Part shown: in pieces, positions 30,962 through 40,836 of the stretch
Layout of the letters: each line of letters starts with the position of its first letter
How positions within the stretch are numbered: the stretch's first letter is position 1
Assembly (NCBI GenBank): GCA_965279525.1
Contig: CBDIIB010000005.1
Span: 1,312,001 to 1,376,000, forward strand
Direction: 5' to 3'
From: Tagaea sp.
GTDB lineage: Bacteria > Pseudomonadota > Alphaproteobacteria > CACIAM-22H2
Length of the DNA: 64,000 bases
Made by a program: the position numbers and the translations under genes
Notes under the pieces: generated by a model
Told to the model about the DNA's origin: nothing
The model's input: only the letters and a program-made list of their open reading frames with translations
The model's database searches: none

Positions 30962-31450
30962 TCAGACGCGCAGGTGTTTCAGTGCCGCTGCCGCGATGGC
31001 TTCGGGCGTATCGCCGACATCGACCGCGATCGCGTCCGCAGGCTCTTCCAGCGTGGCGAACTGGCTGGCGAGCAGCGAGGGCGGCATGAAATGGTCGCGC
31101 CGGCGGCCGATCCGGTCGGCGATCGTGGCTTGGCTGCCGCGCAGGAAGACGAAGCGCACGCCGGCCGACCCGCCGGCGAGGATGTCGCGGTAGTGCTGGC
31201 GCAATGCCGAGCAGGCCAGCACGGTCGGCTTGTCTTTCGTCTGCCATTCGCGGATCGCGTCGGCCATCGCCGCCAGCCACGGCATGCGGTCGGAATCGTC
31301 GAGCGGCTCGCCGCGGCTCATCTTCGCGACGTTCGCCGGCGGATGGAACATGTCGCCTTCGGCAAAGTCCGCGCCCAACGCCCGGGCGATGAGCGGACCG
31401 ACGGTGCTCTTGCCGCAGCCGGCCACGCCCATGACGACGACGACCATCAC
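30962..31450 (-). CDS. gntK: Gluconokinase
   Basis: MGVAGCGKST, EGDMFHP, LDDSDRMPW, ACSAL, HFMPPSLLASQFATLE. Confidence 0.93.
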   Translation of the reverse strand: MMVVVVMGVAGCGKSTVGPLIARALGADFAEGDMFHPPANVAKMSRGEPLDDSDRMPWLAAMADAIREWQTKDKPTVLACSALRQHYRDILAGGSAGVRFVFLRGSQATIADRIGRRRDHFMPPSLLASQFATLEEPADAIAVDVGDTPEAIAAAALKHLRV

Positions 31451-32850
31451 GATGCTGCCCAGTCCGCATGGTGCCGGCCGGGCCGGTCCATGCGTCCGAA
31501 GCCGTGCGCGCCGAACAGGTCGCGCTGGCCTTCGATCATGTTCGCCCATAGCCGACCTGTGCGGTACGCGTCGGCATAGGCAAGTGCCGACATCAAGGCC
31601 GGTGCCGGCGATCCGTGCGTGACGGCCGCGATTGCCACACGCCGCCACGCGCCATCGCGGTCGGCGACCAGCTTCCATATCTCGGGATCGCGCAGCAGGT
31701 TGCCGAGCGACGGGTCTCGTCCATAAGCGGCGGCAATTCCGGTCAACAGGCGCGAGCGGATGATGCACCCGCCGCGCCAGATACGCGCGATCGCGGCAAG
31801 GTCGAGCGGCCAGTTCTTTTCCTTCGCCGCCGCGGCCAACGTCGCGAAGCCCTGCGCGTGCACCGCGACGTTTGCCGCGAGCAAGGCCGCGCCCAGATCG
31901 GCGATGAATGCGGCGCGATCGCCGGCAAACGGCACCATCGGATGGCCGAGTGCGGACTGCGCCGAAACCCGCTCCGGCCTCAACGCCGACATGCAGCGCG
32001 CATGCACCGCCTCGGCGAGCGTGGGGGCTGCCACGCCATAATCGAGCGTGGCGTTCGCGGCCCAGCGCCCCGTGCCCTTCTGCCCGGCGCGATCCTCGAT
32101 CAGGTCGATCAGCGGCCGGCCGGATTCCGGATCGTCGGTCGCCAGCACGCGTGCCGCACACTCGATCAGGAAGCCGCCGAGGTCGCCGGCGGCCCAGCCG
32201 CGGAACACCGGCAGCATGTCGCGCGGCGTCATGCCGAGGGGGCCATGCATCAGCTGGTAGGCTTCCGCGATCAACTGCATCAGCGCGTACTCGATGCCGT
32301 TATGCAGCATCTTGACGAAATGGCCCGCCCCGCCGGGTCCGACATGCGCGAAGCAGGCTTCGCCATGGGCCTGTGCCGCGATCGCGCGGAACAGCGGGGC
32401 CACGCGCGCCACCCCCGGTCCGCCGCCGGCCATGATCGACGGGCCGCGACGGGCACCCTCAGATCCGCCGGACAAGCCGAAGCCGAAGAAATCGACTCGA
32501 TGGGGGGCGCAATGCGCCACGCGCCGCTCGGTATCCTCATAAAGCGAGTTGCCGCCGTCGATGATCGCGTCGTCGGGGCCAAGCAGGGGCAGGATGTCGG
32601 CGATGCTCTTGTCGACCGCTTCGCCGGCGGGAACCATCAGGAAGATCGCGCGCGGCCCCTTCAGCGCGCCGACAAGCTGCCTAAGGTCGGCCGCCGCCCG
32701 CCCGCGGGCACCAAGTTCGGTCGCGAGCCGTTCGGCGGTGCCGGCCGCCGGGTCGAACAAGGCCACGCGTGTCCCGTGGTCCGCGAGATTGCGCGCCAGG
32801 TTGGCGCCCATGGTGCCGAGGCCGACAAGTCCAAGATCGCAGTCGCTCAT
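31447..32850 (-). CDS. gnd: 6-phosphogluconate dehydrogenase (decarboxylating), full-length
   Basis: GLGTMG, DGGN, SGGSEGA, GHFVKMLHNGIEY, QKGTG, WRGGCIIR, QRDLFGAH. Confidence 0.95.
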   Translation of the reverse strand: MSDCDLGLVGLGTMGANLARNLADHGTRVALFDPAAGTAERLATELGARGRAAADLRQLVGALKGPRAIFLMVPAGEAVDKSIADILPLLGPDDAIIDGGNSLYEDTERRVAHCAPHRVDFFGFGLSGGSEGARRGPSIMAGGGPGVARVAPLFRAIAAQAHGEACFAHVGPGGAGHFVKMLHNGIEYALMQLIAEAYQLMHGPLGMTPRDMLPVFRGWAAGDLGGFLIECAARVLATDDPESGRPLIDLIEDRAGQKGTGRWAANATLDYGVAAPTLAEAVHARCMSALRPERVSAQSALGHPMVPFAGDRAAFIADLGAALLAANVAVHAQGFATLAAAAKEKNWPLDLAAIARIWRGGCIIRSRLLTGIAAAYGRDPSLGNLLRDPEIWKLVADRDGAWRRVAIAAVTHGSPAPALMSALAYADAYRTGRLWANMIEGQRDLFGAHGFGRMDRPGRHHADWAAS

Positions 32851-32881
32851 GCGCCCCTCTTACCCCGCCGCGTCGGCGCGC

Positions 32882-33550
32882 TCAACACTGGTGCTCGAGC
32901 CGGTAAAATCCGGTTTCCGGACTCCCGTCGAGGAGCGGTGCGAGCGCCGTGGCGATCGCCGACATGGCGGCGCGCACGGGGGCTTCGTTGCAGCCCTCGA
33001 CCAGCACGACCCAGTCGGGTGCCGAAAGGATGTCGGGCCGGCCGCGGCTCTCCGCGGTCTTCTCGGCGCTGGCTTCGCGGTTGGTGACGCACAGATGCGC
33101 ACCCGATATCTGCGGCATTGCGGCGGCGGCGGGCAAGGCCCGGGTCGAGACCAGGTCCGTCGCCTGCGCTTCGCGCCCCGCCGTCACGGCAAAGCGCAGC
33201 GTGCCGAGGATGCCGCCGGAACCTGGGCCGAGGCTCGTATGAACTCGCGTGAGCGCACGCGAGGTCTTGCGGAAGCCTTGCGTGGCCTTCTTCGTCCACG
33301 TGGTGGGCGCGTTGAGGCGCGCGAGATAGGCAGGACTGGTGAGCACGTCCGTGTCGGCGGTCTCGTAGAGCGTGAAGAATTCAGGCTGCGAGGCCGTGTC
33401 GAGTGCGATATAGCGACGGCCGCGCCGGAATCCCGGAACCGCGACCCGCTCGGGCATGTGCTCGGTCAGATGCCAGGCATAGAACTCGTCCCGACCTTCG
33501 TCGGTGATGTCGTTCCAGATGCAGATCGCCCCGCCGCCGGCCAGTGGCAT
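32882..33550 (-). CDS. Hypothetical protein, dimeric alpha-beta barrel (EthD/DUF4286-like)
   Basis: WHLTEHMPERVAVPGFRRGRRY, LYE, YLARLNAPT; SD GGAG. Confidence 0.7.
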   Translation of the reverse strand: MPLAGGGAICIWNDITDEGRDEFYAWHLTEHMPERVAVPGFRRGRRYIALDTASQPEFFTLYETADTDVLTSPAYLARLNAPTTWTKKATQGFRKTSRALTRVHTSLGPGSGGILGTLRFAVTAGREAQATDLVSTRALPAAAAMPQISGAHLCVTNREASAEKTAESRGRPDILSAPDWVVLVEGCNEAPVRAAMSAIATALAPLLDGSPETGFYRLEHQC

Positions 33551-33626
33551 TTCCCACTCCCTCTCGATTCTTGGCGACGACTGTAGCGCGGATCGCGCGA
33601 CGGCGTCACGGACGTCCGCCATCGAA

Positions 33627-33655
33627 TTGACAGTAACGACCGGCATCCGGACAAT
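33627..33655 (+). promoter_or_regulatory. Sigma70 promoter of the methyltransferase gene
   Basis: TTGACA-N17-GACAAT, followed by SD AAGGAG and TTG start. Confidence 0.6.
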
Positions 33656-33673
33656 GCGCGCGAAGGAGCTGCC

Positions 33674-34372
33674 TTGTCGAACGCCTGGCTTGAATTCTGG
33701 GATCGGCCCAACCGCATCTATGTCAACGGGCGGCATCTTGCGGCGCATTTCGCCATCGTCGCGGACGAGCTTGCCGAATTGCTGCCGGATCGGCCCAGTG
33801 CGCGTGTCGTCGATTTCGGCTGCGGCGAGGCACTTGACGCAGGCCGCGTGGCGGCCGGCGTCGGGCGCCTTTATCTCTACGATGCAGCACCCACGACGCG
33901 CGCGCGCCTTTCCGCCCGGTTCGCGGCCGATCCGAAGATCGAGATTCTCGACGAAGAAGACCTCGCGAAACTCGACGACCGATCGGTCGACCTCGTCTTC
34001 GCCAGTTCGGTCGTCCAGTATCTCGATCGCGACGGACTGGCCGTCCTTCTCGCGACGGCCCGGCGTCTTCTGGCACCCGGTGGCCGGCTCGTCGTCGCCG
34101 ACGTGATCCCGCCCGATATCCGCCTGGTCGACGACGTGAAGTCGTTGCTGGCGCTGGCGTGGCGGTACGGATTCGTGGCCGAAGCGCTGCTGGCCCTGCT
34201 CGCCACGCTGTTCTCGGACTATCGTCGCCTGCGCGCGCAGATCGGGCTTTCAACCTACGACGACGCGACGTTCCTCGGGCTGCTCGCGGCTTCCGGGTTT
34301 GCCGGCGAGGTCAGTTCCCGGAACTTCGGCGAGAATGCCGCGCGCCGCAGTTATGTCGCGCGCCCGGCATAA
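33674..34372 (+). CDS. Class I SAM-dependent methyltransferase
   Basis: VVDFGCGEA, DLVFASSVVQY, LAPGGRLVVAD. Confidence 0.85.
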   Translation: MSNAWLEFWDRPNRIYVNGRHLAAHFAIVADELAELLPDRPSARVVDFGCGEALDAGRVAAGVGRLYLYDAAPTTRARLSARFAADPKIEILDEEDLAKLDDRSVDLVFASSVVQYLDRDGLAVLLATARRLLAPGGRLVVADVIPPDIRLVDDVKSLLALAWRYGFVAEALLALLATLFSDYRRLRAQIGLSTYDDATFLGLLAASGFAGEVSSRNFGENAARRSYVARPA

Positions 34373-35136
34373 CGGGCGCGTAGGTCGGCGTACGCGTCAC
34401 TTTCAAAATACGCGCATTCGACGGCGCGCATGTCGACAAGCGTGTCGGCGGCCGCCAGCTCCGCGTCGACATCGCCGGGATGGCACATGACGACGGTTCG
34501 GCCGTTCGCCTGGGCGAGCATGCGTGCGAACAACTCGCCATAGGGCTGCCGGCCGGAAAAATCGTAGACGCCGGCAAAGCTGTCGTTCGTGCGGATGCCG
34601 GCGCGCCGAGCCGAATGCTTCATCGCGCGGCCCAGTGCGGCGATCGCCACGCTCTTGAGCGGTGCGGCACCCGCCCGCAGGATGGCGCCGATCCCGGCGT
34701 CGGTGACGCGAAGCCAGGTGCGCTGGCGGTCGAGCCGCCGGTCCCAGAGTGCAAGCACGGCGGCACGGATCGTCGGAAACTGGTGGACATGCTGGTGGCC
34801 GTCGATGAAGTCCGGCGGCGAACCCCAGACGCGCTCGAACGCGTCGATCTGGCGCGCGATGTCGGCTTCGACGGCTTCACGATCGAGCTGTCCCGAGAAG
34901 GCCGCGCGCGCCAGCCGGCCGAGCGAGTGGCCGCCTGGTCCTGTCAGTGCCAGATGCAGGCCGACCTCGATCGACGCGCCGGTCGCGCGCAACGCGCGCC
35001 CTTCGTCCGGCCAGAATGCGGTCGTCGACATACAACTGGTCGCGTCGATGCGGCCTGCCGCAGCCAGCCGGCGGATCGCCCGGCAGACGCCGGGGGCGAT
35101 CGCATAGTCGTCGGCACAGACGATGATCGTGTCCAC
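34351..35136 (-). CDS. YdjC/ChbG/HpnK family carbohydrate deacetylase (NaxD/LgmC-like)
   Basis: CADDYA, ATSCM, VGLHL, DGHQHVHQFP, MCHPG; GTG start approximate. Confidence 0.88.
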   Translation of the reverse strand: MDTIIVCADDYAIAPGVCRAIRRLAAAGRIDATSCMSTTAFWPDEGRALRATGASIEVGLHLALTGPGGHSLGRLARAAFSGQLDREAVEADIARQIDAFERVWGSPPDFIDGHQHVHQFPTIRAAVLALWDRRLDRQRTWLRVTDAGIGAILRAGAAPLKSVAIAALGRAMKHSARRAGIRTNDSFAGVYDFSGRQPYGELFARMLAQANGRTVVMCHPGDVDAELAAADTLVDMRAVECAYFESDAYADLRARYAGRAT

Positions 35137-35207
35137 GCGATTCCTGACGTCAAGGCCCGTACGCACCGACCTTGACGCTCGGACAAGGCAGGGCGAAGGA
35201 TAGACAG

Positions 35208-36212
35208 ATGTCCAATTCTGTCCCGGCCGCGATGCCCGATCTATCGGTAATTGTTCCCGTCCACGACGAAAGTCAGGGGCTTGGGGCGTTATTCGCGCGT
35301 CTGGGTGCCGTTCTCGACGCGACCGGTCTTGCCTGCGAGGTGATCTGCATCGACGACGGCAGCCGGGACGGTACCTGGGCCGCGTTGCGGGCCGCGCGCG
35401 CGGCCGACAGCCGGGTGAAGCTCGTGCGCCTGTCGCGCAATTTCGGCAAGGACGTAGCACTCACGGCGGGCTTGCGTCGCGCGCAAGGGCGCGCCGTCGT
35501 CCTGATGGATGCCGACCTCCAGCACCCGCCCGAACTGATCCCAGCACTGCTCGAACGGTGGCGGGAAGGGCTCGACATGGTCTATGCGGTGCGCACCTCG
35601 CGGGCCGGCGACTCGTTCCTGCGGCGCTGGTTCAGCAAGGTCTTTTACCTGCTGTTCTCGGGCCTTTCCGATGTCGCCATCCCGGCCGGTGCCGGCGATT
35701 TCCGCCTGCTCGACCGGCGTGTGGCCGACGTGCTGCGCGACATGCCCGAGCGCGCGCGGTTCATGAAGGGTCTCTATGCGTGGGTCGGCTTCCGCCATGG
35801 CGGCGTGCCGTTCGAGCCGCCGCCGCGCACGACCGGCCGCACGTCGTTCTCGCCGCACCGGCTGTTCCGCTTCGCGGTCGACGCGCTTGCGAGCTTCAGT
35901 ACCGTTCCGCTGGTCGCGAGCGGCTATATCGGCCTGTTCCTGGCGATCCCGTCGCTTGCCCTCAGCATCTATTTCATCGTGCGCACGCTCTTCCAGGGCG
36001 TCGACGTGCCGGGCTACGCGTCGGTGATCGTCGCCGTGCTGATGCTCGGCAGCATCCAGCTTCTCACGCTCGGCCTGTTCGGCGCCTATCTCGGCCGCGT
36101 GTTCGAGGAGGTGAAGGGGCGCCCCCTGTTCGTCGAAAGCGATACGCAAGGTTTCGCCGACGACCGCGACGTCGATTCGCGCAGGCGCCCAGAAGCCCCG
36201 CATGCAAGCTGA
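35208..36212 (+). CDS. GT2 polyprenyl-phosphate glycosyltransferase (GtrB/ArnC-like)
   Basis: IDDGSRD, LSRNFGK, MDADLQHPPE, GDFRLLDR, RFMKGL, two C-terminal TM helices, EVKGRP. Confidence 0.92.
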   Translation: MSNSVPAAMPDLSVIVPVHDESQGLGALFARLGAVLDATGLACEVICIDDGSRDGTWAALRAARAADSRVKLVRLSRNFGKDVALTAGLRRAQGRAVVLMDADLQHPPELIPALLERWREGLDMVYAVRTSRAGDSFLRRWFSKVFYLLFSGLSDVAIPAGAGDFRLLDRRVADVLRDMPERARFMKGLYAWVGFRHGGVPFEPPPRTTGRTSFSPHRLFRFAVDALASFSTVPLVASGYIGLFLAIPSLALSIYFIVRTLFQGVDVPGYASVIVAVLMLGSIQLLTLGLFGAYLGRVFEEVKGRPLFVESDTQGFADDRDVDSRRRPEAPHAS

Positions 36213-37614
36213 CACGCCGCTGCGCGTGCATGCCATCGGTGCCGGCATCGCGTTCGCGATCCTGTCGGTCGCGGTCGGGCTTTCGGCCGAACTCCAGATG
36301 TTCGGCGACGGATCGATCTTCGCCTATTCTGTCTCGGTCGCCGACGCGTGGTCGTTCCACTGGCGAAACATCTCGGGGCGCCTGTTCAGCTACGTCTTCA
36401 TCTATGTCCCGGCCGAGACGGTCGTGGCCGTCACGGGCAGCGCCCGGGCCGGCATCTTCGCGTACGGCCTTCTGCTGTTCGCGGCCCCGGGGCTGTCGCT
36501 GCTGGCGACCCGCGCGCTCGACCGCACGCAAGGGCGGATGATCTTCGCCTTCGCATGTCTGTCGACCGCCTGCCTCCTGCCCTTTGTCTTCGGCTTTCCG
36601 ACCGAGATGGCCATGGCGCATGCGGTCTTCTGGCCGGCCCTGGCGGCCAGTGTGTCGACGTCGGCGGGCCGTCGGGCAAACCTTGCGATCTTCGGCCTGC
36701 TGCTCGCCCTGGTCCTGACACACGAAGGTGGCGTCGTGCTCGCCGCAGCGATCGCGGGCACTGCTTCGCTCCACGGCCTGCGGACCGGGCCGTTCAGGCA
36801 GACGGCGCTCGCCCTCCTTGGTGCTATGGCGGTGTGGGTCGTCGTGAAAGCCCTTCTGCCGCCGGACGCGCACATCGCCGGCGTGCTGGGTGCCGCCGCG
36901 TTCAAGTTCATCGCACCGGGAAATCTCGCGGATCCGGCGTTTCTGCTGTGGACAGCAGCACTTGCGGCCTATCTGGCACTTGCAGCCTTTTCACGCCGAC
37001 CGGTTCTCGCGGCCGGCATTGTCGTCGGTGCACTCGCCGTCTTCTGGCTCGCCTTCGACCGATCTCTGCTGGCCGAGGCGCGCTATTCGCTGCGCACTGT
37101 CCTGCTGGTCGGGACGCCGATCCTCGGCGCACTCGCCGTCGTGATGGCGATGCAGGCCAAGAAGCTGCACGAATCGCCTTATGCCCGGATCGTCGTGCCG
37201 CTGCGCGGGCTTCTGGCACGCCTCGATCCGCGGATGCTTGTCGGCGCGCTGGCGATCTGCCTGCTTGTCCATGGCGTCGAGACGGCGAAGTTCGTCGCCG
37301 GCTGGATCGACTACAAGGCCGCAGTGCGCGCGCTTGCGACCGGTGCGGACTCCGATCCGGCGCTGGGCGATGCGCGCTTCGTTTCCGCCCGTCGGATCGC
37401 GGCGGGCCCGAACCGGCTCGCGTGGAACTCGACGACGCCCTTCCTGTCGGTGCTTGCGGCACCCGGGTTCGATCCGGCGCGTCTCGTCGTCGATCCGCAA
37501 GCCGGATATTTCTGGCTATCCTGCCCGACCGCCACGCGCAGTGCCGGGCGGGGAACGGCGCTGCCCGCAGACGCGCGCGAGCTTGTCCGCCGGCACGCCT
37601 GTCTCAACCGCTAG
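36202..37614 (+). CDS. Polytopic membrane protein, possible GT-C glycosyltransferase
   Basis: About 11-12 hydrophobic segments plus polar C-terminal domain; acidic residues in loops (GDG, PTE, THEG); overlaps the GT2 gene end. Confidence 0.6.
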   Translation: MQADTPLRVHAIGAGIAFAILSVAVGLSAELQMFGDGSIFAYSVSVADAWSFHWRNISGRLFSYVFIYVPAETVVAVTGSARAGIFAYGLLLFAAPGLSLLATRALDRTQGRMIFAFACLSTACLLPFVFGFPTEMAMAHAVFWPALAASVSTSAGRRANLAIFGLLLALVLTHEGGVVLAAAIAGTASLHGLRTGPFRQTALALLGAMAVWVVVKALLPPDAHIAGVLGAAAFKFIAPGNLADPAFLLWTAALAAYLALAAFSRRPVLAAGIVVGALAVFWLAFDRSLLAEARYSLRTVLLVGTPILGALAVVMAMQAKKLHESPYARIVVPLRGLLARLDPRMLVGALAICLLVHGVETAKFVAGWIDYKAAVRALATGADSDPALGDARFVSARRIAAGPNRLAWNSTTPFLSVLAAPGFDPARLVVDPQAGYFWLSCPTATRSAGRGTALPADARELVRRHACLNR

Positions 37615-38164
37615 GCGGCAGCATGCGGCGAAGCGTGCCGTCGCGGCGCACGAAATGGTGGAACAGCGCGGCACCGACATGCGCCAGCACGAGCCCGACC
37701 AGCGCGAATGCCGCGAACGCGTGCGCGATCAGGACCGGTTCCGACGCCGCCCGGTTCGGCGCCATCAAGGCCGGAAGCGGGATCGAGCCGAAGAGGTTCA
37801 ACGCGGGATAGAGCGAGACGCCGATCCAGCCGAGCACCGGCACGAGGATCAGCAGCAGGTAGATCCAGGCATGTACGAGCGTGGCGGCGGCACGCTGCCA
37901 GGGCGCGAGGGCCGGATCCTCCGGCGGCACGTCGCGCCGGATACGGTTCGCCAGCCGCAGCACGACAAGCCCGAGCAGCACGACGCCAAGCAGCTTGTGG
38001 AGATCGTAAAGGCCGAACGTGTCGGTCAGCGTGGCCCACAGGTTCGGCTCCGGCGCATCGACCGTCATGACGATGCCGAACGCGACCTGGAGGATGACCA
38101 GGGCGGCCATCAGCCAGTGAAGGAAGCGTGCGAGCGGACTGTAGGTGCGGACCGGATCGGGCAT
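37604..38164 (-). CDS. Cytochrome b561
   Basis: ARFLHWLMA, LHKLLG, LVHAWIY, AHVGAALFHHFVRRD heme-ligand His pattern. Confidence 0.9.
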   Translation of the reverse strand: MPDPVRTYSPLARFLHWLMAALVILQVAFGIVMTVDAPEPNLWATLTDTFGLYDLHKLLGVVLLGLVVLRLANRIRRDVPPEDPALAPWQRAAATLVHAWIYLLLILVPVLGWIGVSLYPALNLFGSIPLPALMAPNRAASEPVLIAHAFAAFALVGLVLAHVGAALFHHFVRRDGTLRRMLPPSG

Positions 38165-38270
38165 GGAGGCCTCCTGCGAATTGGAGCGTATCATACCCCT
38201 GATCGCGCAAGACCGGCTTGCTTGTGTACTAGTGTAGGACCTATCCGGCGAGCGAGGAGAGAAGGACCGC

Positions 38271-40835
38271 GTGACCCAAACCGACGAACCACAGGAACCG
38301 CTGCGCGGCCTCGATGCGGCGACCGTTGCGACCCGCCGACGCGAGGACGGCCCCAACGAGCTGCCGCAGCCGGACCGGCGGACACCGCTGCGGATCGTCC
38401 TCGAGGTCGTCCGCGAGCCGATGCTTGCCCTGCTTCTCGCCGGCGGGGGGATCTACCTGCTGCTCGGCAACCTGCACGAAGCGCTCATCCTGCTGGCCTT
38501 CGCCATCCTTTCCGTCTCGATCACCGTCGTGCAGGAAGCACGCACCGAACGCGTGCTCGAAGCGTTGCGCGATCTCACCAGCCCGCGCGCCCTCGTCATC
38601 CGCGATGGCGTGCGCGTGCGAGTAGCCGGGCGCGACGTGGTGCGCGGCGATCTGGTCGTCCTGGCCGAAGGCGATCGCGTGCCTGCCGACGCGGTGGTGC
38701 GTGCATGTCACGATCTGGAGACCGACGAGTCGCTGCTGACGGGCGAATCGGTGCCCGTGCGCAAGCGCGTGGCCGGCCCGGAAGCGATGCCGGAACGCCC
38801 GCGCCCGGGCGGCGACGATCTGCCCCACGTGTTCTCGGGCGCGCTCGTCGTCCGCGGCAGCGCCGTCTGCGAGGTGATCGCGACGGGTGCGCGCAGCGAG
38901 ATCGGCCGCATCGGCCAGTCGCTCGGCGCACTCGAAACCGAACCGCCGCGACTCCAGGCGCAGACGCGCCGGGCCGTCCGGCTCTTCGCCACGATCGGCG
39001 GTGCCGTCAGCATCCTTGCGGTCGTTCTCTACGGCACGCTGCGCGGCGGCTGGCTCGATGCGGTCCTCGCCGGCGTGGCGCTGGGCATGTCGATGCTGCC
39101 CGAGGAGTTTCCCGTCGTACTCACCGTCTTCATGGCGATGGGCGCCTGGCGCATTTCGCGCGCGCGCGTGCTCACTCGCCGTGCCGCCGCCATCGAGACC
39201 CTGGGCTCGGCGAGCGTCCTGTGCACCGACAAGACGGGCACATTGACCGAGAACCGGATGGCGATCGCCGAACTGCGCCTGCCGGACGGCGCCACGCACA
39301 GGCCGGACAAGACCGCCGGCGTGCCGGATGACGAACGGTTCCAAGCACTCGCCGCCATCGGCCGGCGCGCGAGTGCGCGCGAACCCAGCGACCCGATGGA
39401 AAAGGCCTTCCATGCATTCTCCCCAGCATCACAGGATGTCGGGGGCGAGATCGTGCGGACTTATGGCCTCCGGCCCGATCTTCTGGCGATGTCGAATGCC
39501 TGGAAAGATGCCGACGGCAGTGCCGGGTTCGCGGTCGCCGCCAAGGGTGCGCCCGAAGCGATCGCGGGCCTTTGCCGGATGGATGCCGCCGGCCTGTTGG
39601 CGGTGACGAAAGCAGTCGACGCGATGGCCGGCGAGGGCCTGCGTGTCCTCGGCGTTGCCCGCGCGGCACACGCCGCCGGCGAACTTCCCGAGTCCCAGCG
39701 TGAGTTCGCTTTCACATTCGTCGGGCTGGTCGGTCTTGCCGATCCGCTGCGCGCGAACGTGCCGGATGCGGTGCGAGAGTGCCGGTCGGCCGGCATCCGC
39801 GTGGCGATGATCACGGGCGACTATCCGCAGACGGCCCTCGCCATCGCCCGTCAGGCCGGCATCGCGGCGGACGCCGTGGTGACCGGGGACGAACTCTCGC
39901 GCATGGACGACAGCGAACTTGCGCGCCGCGTGGCCGGTGCCACCGTCTTCGCCCGCATCATGCCCGAGCAGAAGCTGCGCATCGTCGAGGCGTTCAAGGC
40001 GCGCGGCGACATCGTTGCGATGACGGGCGACGGAGTGAACGACGCGCCCTCGCTGAAGTCCGCCCATATCGGCATCGCCATGGGCGGGCGCGGCACCGAC
40101 GTGGCGCGCGAGGCATCCGCCATCGTGCTGCTCGACGACGACTTCGGCTCGATCGTCAAGGCCGTCCGGCTCGGACGGCGCATCTACGACAACCTGCGCA
40201 AGGCGATGGGTTTCATCATCTCGGTCCATGTGCCGATCGCCGGACTTGCCCTGCTGCCGCTGCTGTTCGGCCTGCCGACGCTGTTCGGGCCGGTGCATAT
40301 CGCGTTCCTGGAAATGGTCATCGACCCCGTCTGCTCGCTCGTCTTCGAGGCGGAAACGGAGGAAGATGACATCATGCGCCGCCCGCCGCGCGCGTCCGAC
40401 GAGCCATTGTTCACGGGCACTCTGGTGGGCTGGGGCGCCCTTCAGGGATTCTTCGCGTTCGCCATCGTCGCGACGATCTATCTGGTGGCGCTTTCGAGCG
40501 GCATGCCGGATGGCGAGGTCCGCGCGCTGGCGTTCTTCTCGCTCGTGATGACCATTCTGGCGCTGATCCTCGTCAACCGCTCGTTCGGCGCCTCGCTGTG
40601 GGGCGCGCTCCGACGGCCGAACCTGTCGCTTGTCTTCGTGCTCGCGGCTGTGGCGACGATCTCCGCCATCGTGCTGCTATGGCCGGCGGCGCGCGAGCTT
40701 TTCCGCTTCGGGCCGCTGCACGCCGACGATCTTGCCGTCACGCTGGGTGCCGGCGTGGCGATGATCACCATGCTCGAACTGGTAAAGTTCGCGTACCTGC
40801 GCCGCCACGCGGGTGCGAAGGAGCAACGCTTCTAG
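38271..40835 (+). CDS. P-type cation-transporting ATPase (P2-like)
   Basis: LTGES, PEEFP, CTDKTGTLT, KGAPE, MITGD, MTGDGVNDAP. Confidence 0.95.
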   Translation: MTQTDEPQEPLRGLDAATVATRRREDGPNELPQPDRRTPLRIVLEVVREPMLALLLAGGGIYLLLGNLHEALILLAFAILSVSITVVQEARTERVLEALRDLTSPRALVIRDGVRVRVAGRDVVRGDLVVLAEGDRVPADAVVRACHDLETDESLLTGESVPVRKRVAGPEAMPERPRPGGDDLPHVFSGALVVRGSAVCEVIATGARSEIGRIGQSLGALETEPPRLQAQTRRAVRLFATIGGAVSILAVVLYGTLRGGWLDAVLAGVALGMSMLPEEFPVVLTVFMAMGAWRISRARVLTRRAAAIETLGSASVLCTDKTGTLTENRMAIAELRLPDGATHRPDKTAGVPDDERFQALAAIGRRASAREPSDPMEKAFHAFSPASQDVGGEIVRTYGLRPDLLAMSNAWKDADGSAGFAVAAKGAPEAIAGLCRMDAAGLLAVTKAVDAMAGEGLRVLGVARAAHAAGELPESQREFAFTFVGLVGLADPLRANVPDAVRECRSAGIRVAMITGDYPQTALAIARQAGIAADAVVTGDELSRMDDSELARRVAGATVFARIMPEQKLRIVEAFKARGDIVAMTGDGVNDAPSLKSAHIGIAMGGRGTDVAREASAIVLLDDDFGSIVKAVRLGRRIYDNLRKAMGFIISVHVPIAGLALLPLLFGLPTLFGPVHIAFLEMVIDPVCSLVFEAETEEDDIMRRPPRASDEPLFTGTLVGWGALQGFFAFAIVATIYLVALSSGMPDGEVRALAFFSLVMTILALILVNRSFGASLWGALRRPNLSLVFVLAAVATISAIVLLWPAARELFRFGPLHADDLAVTLGAGVAMITMLELVKFAYLRRHAGAKEQRF

Positions 40836-40836
40836 C

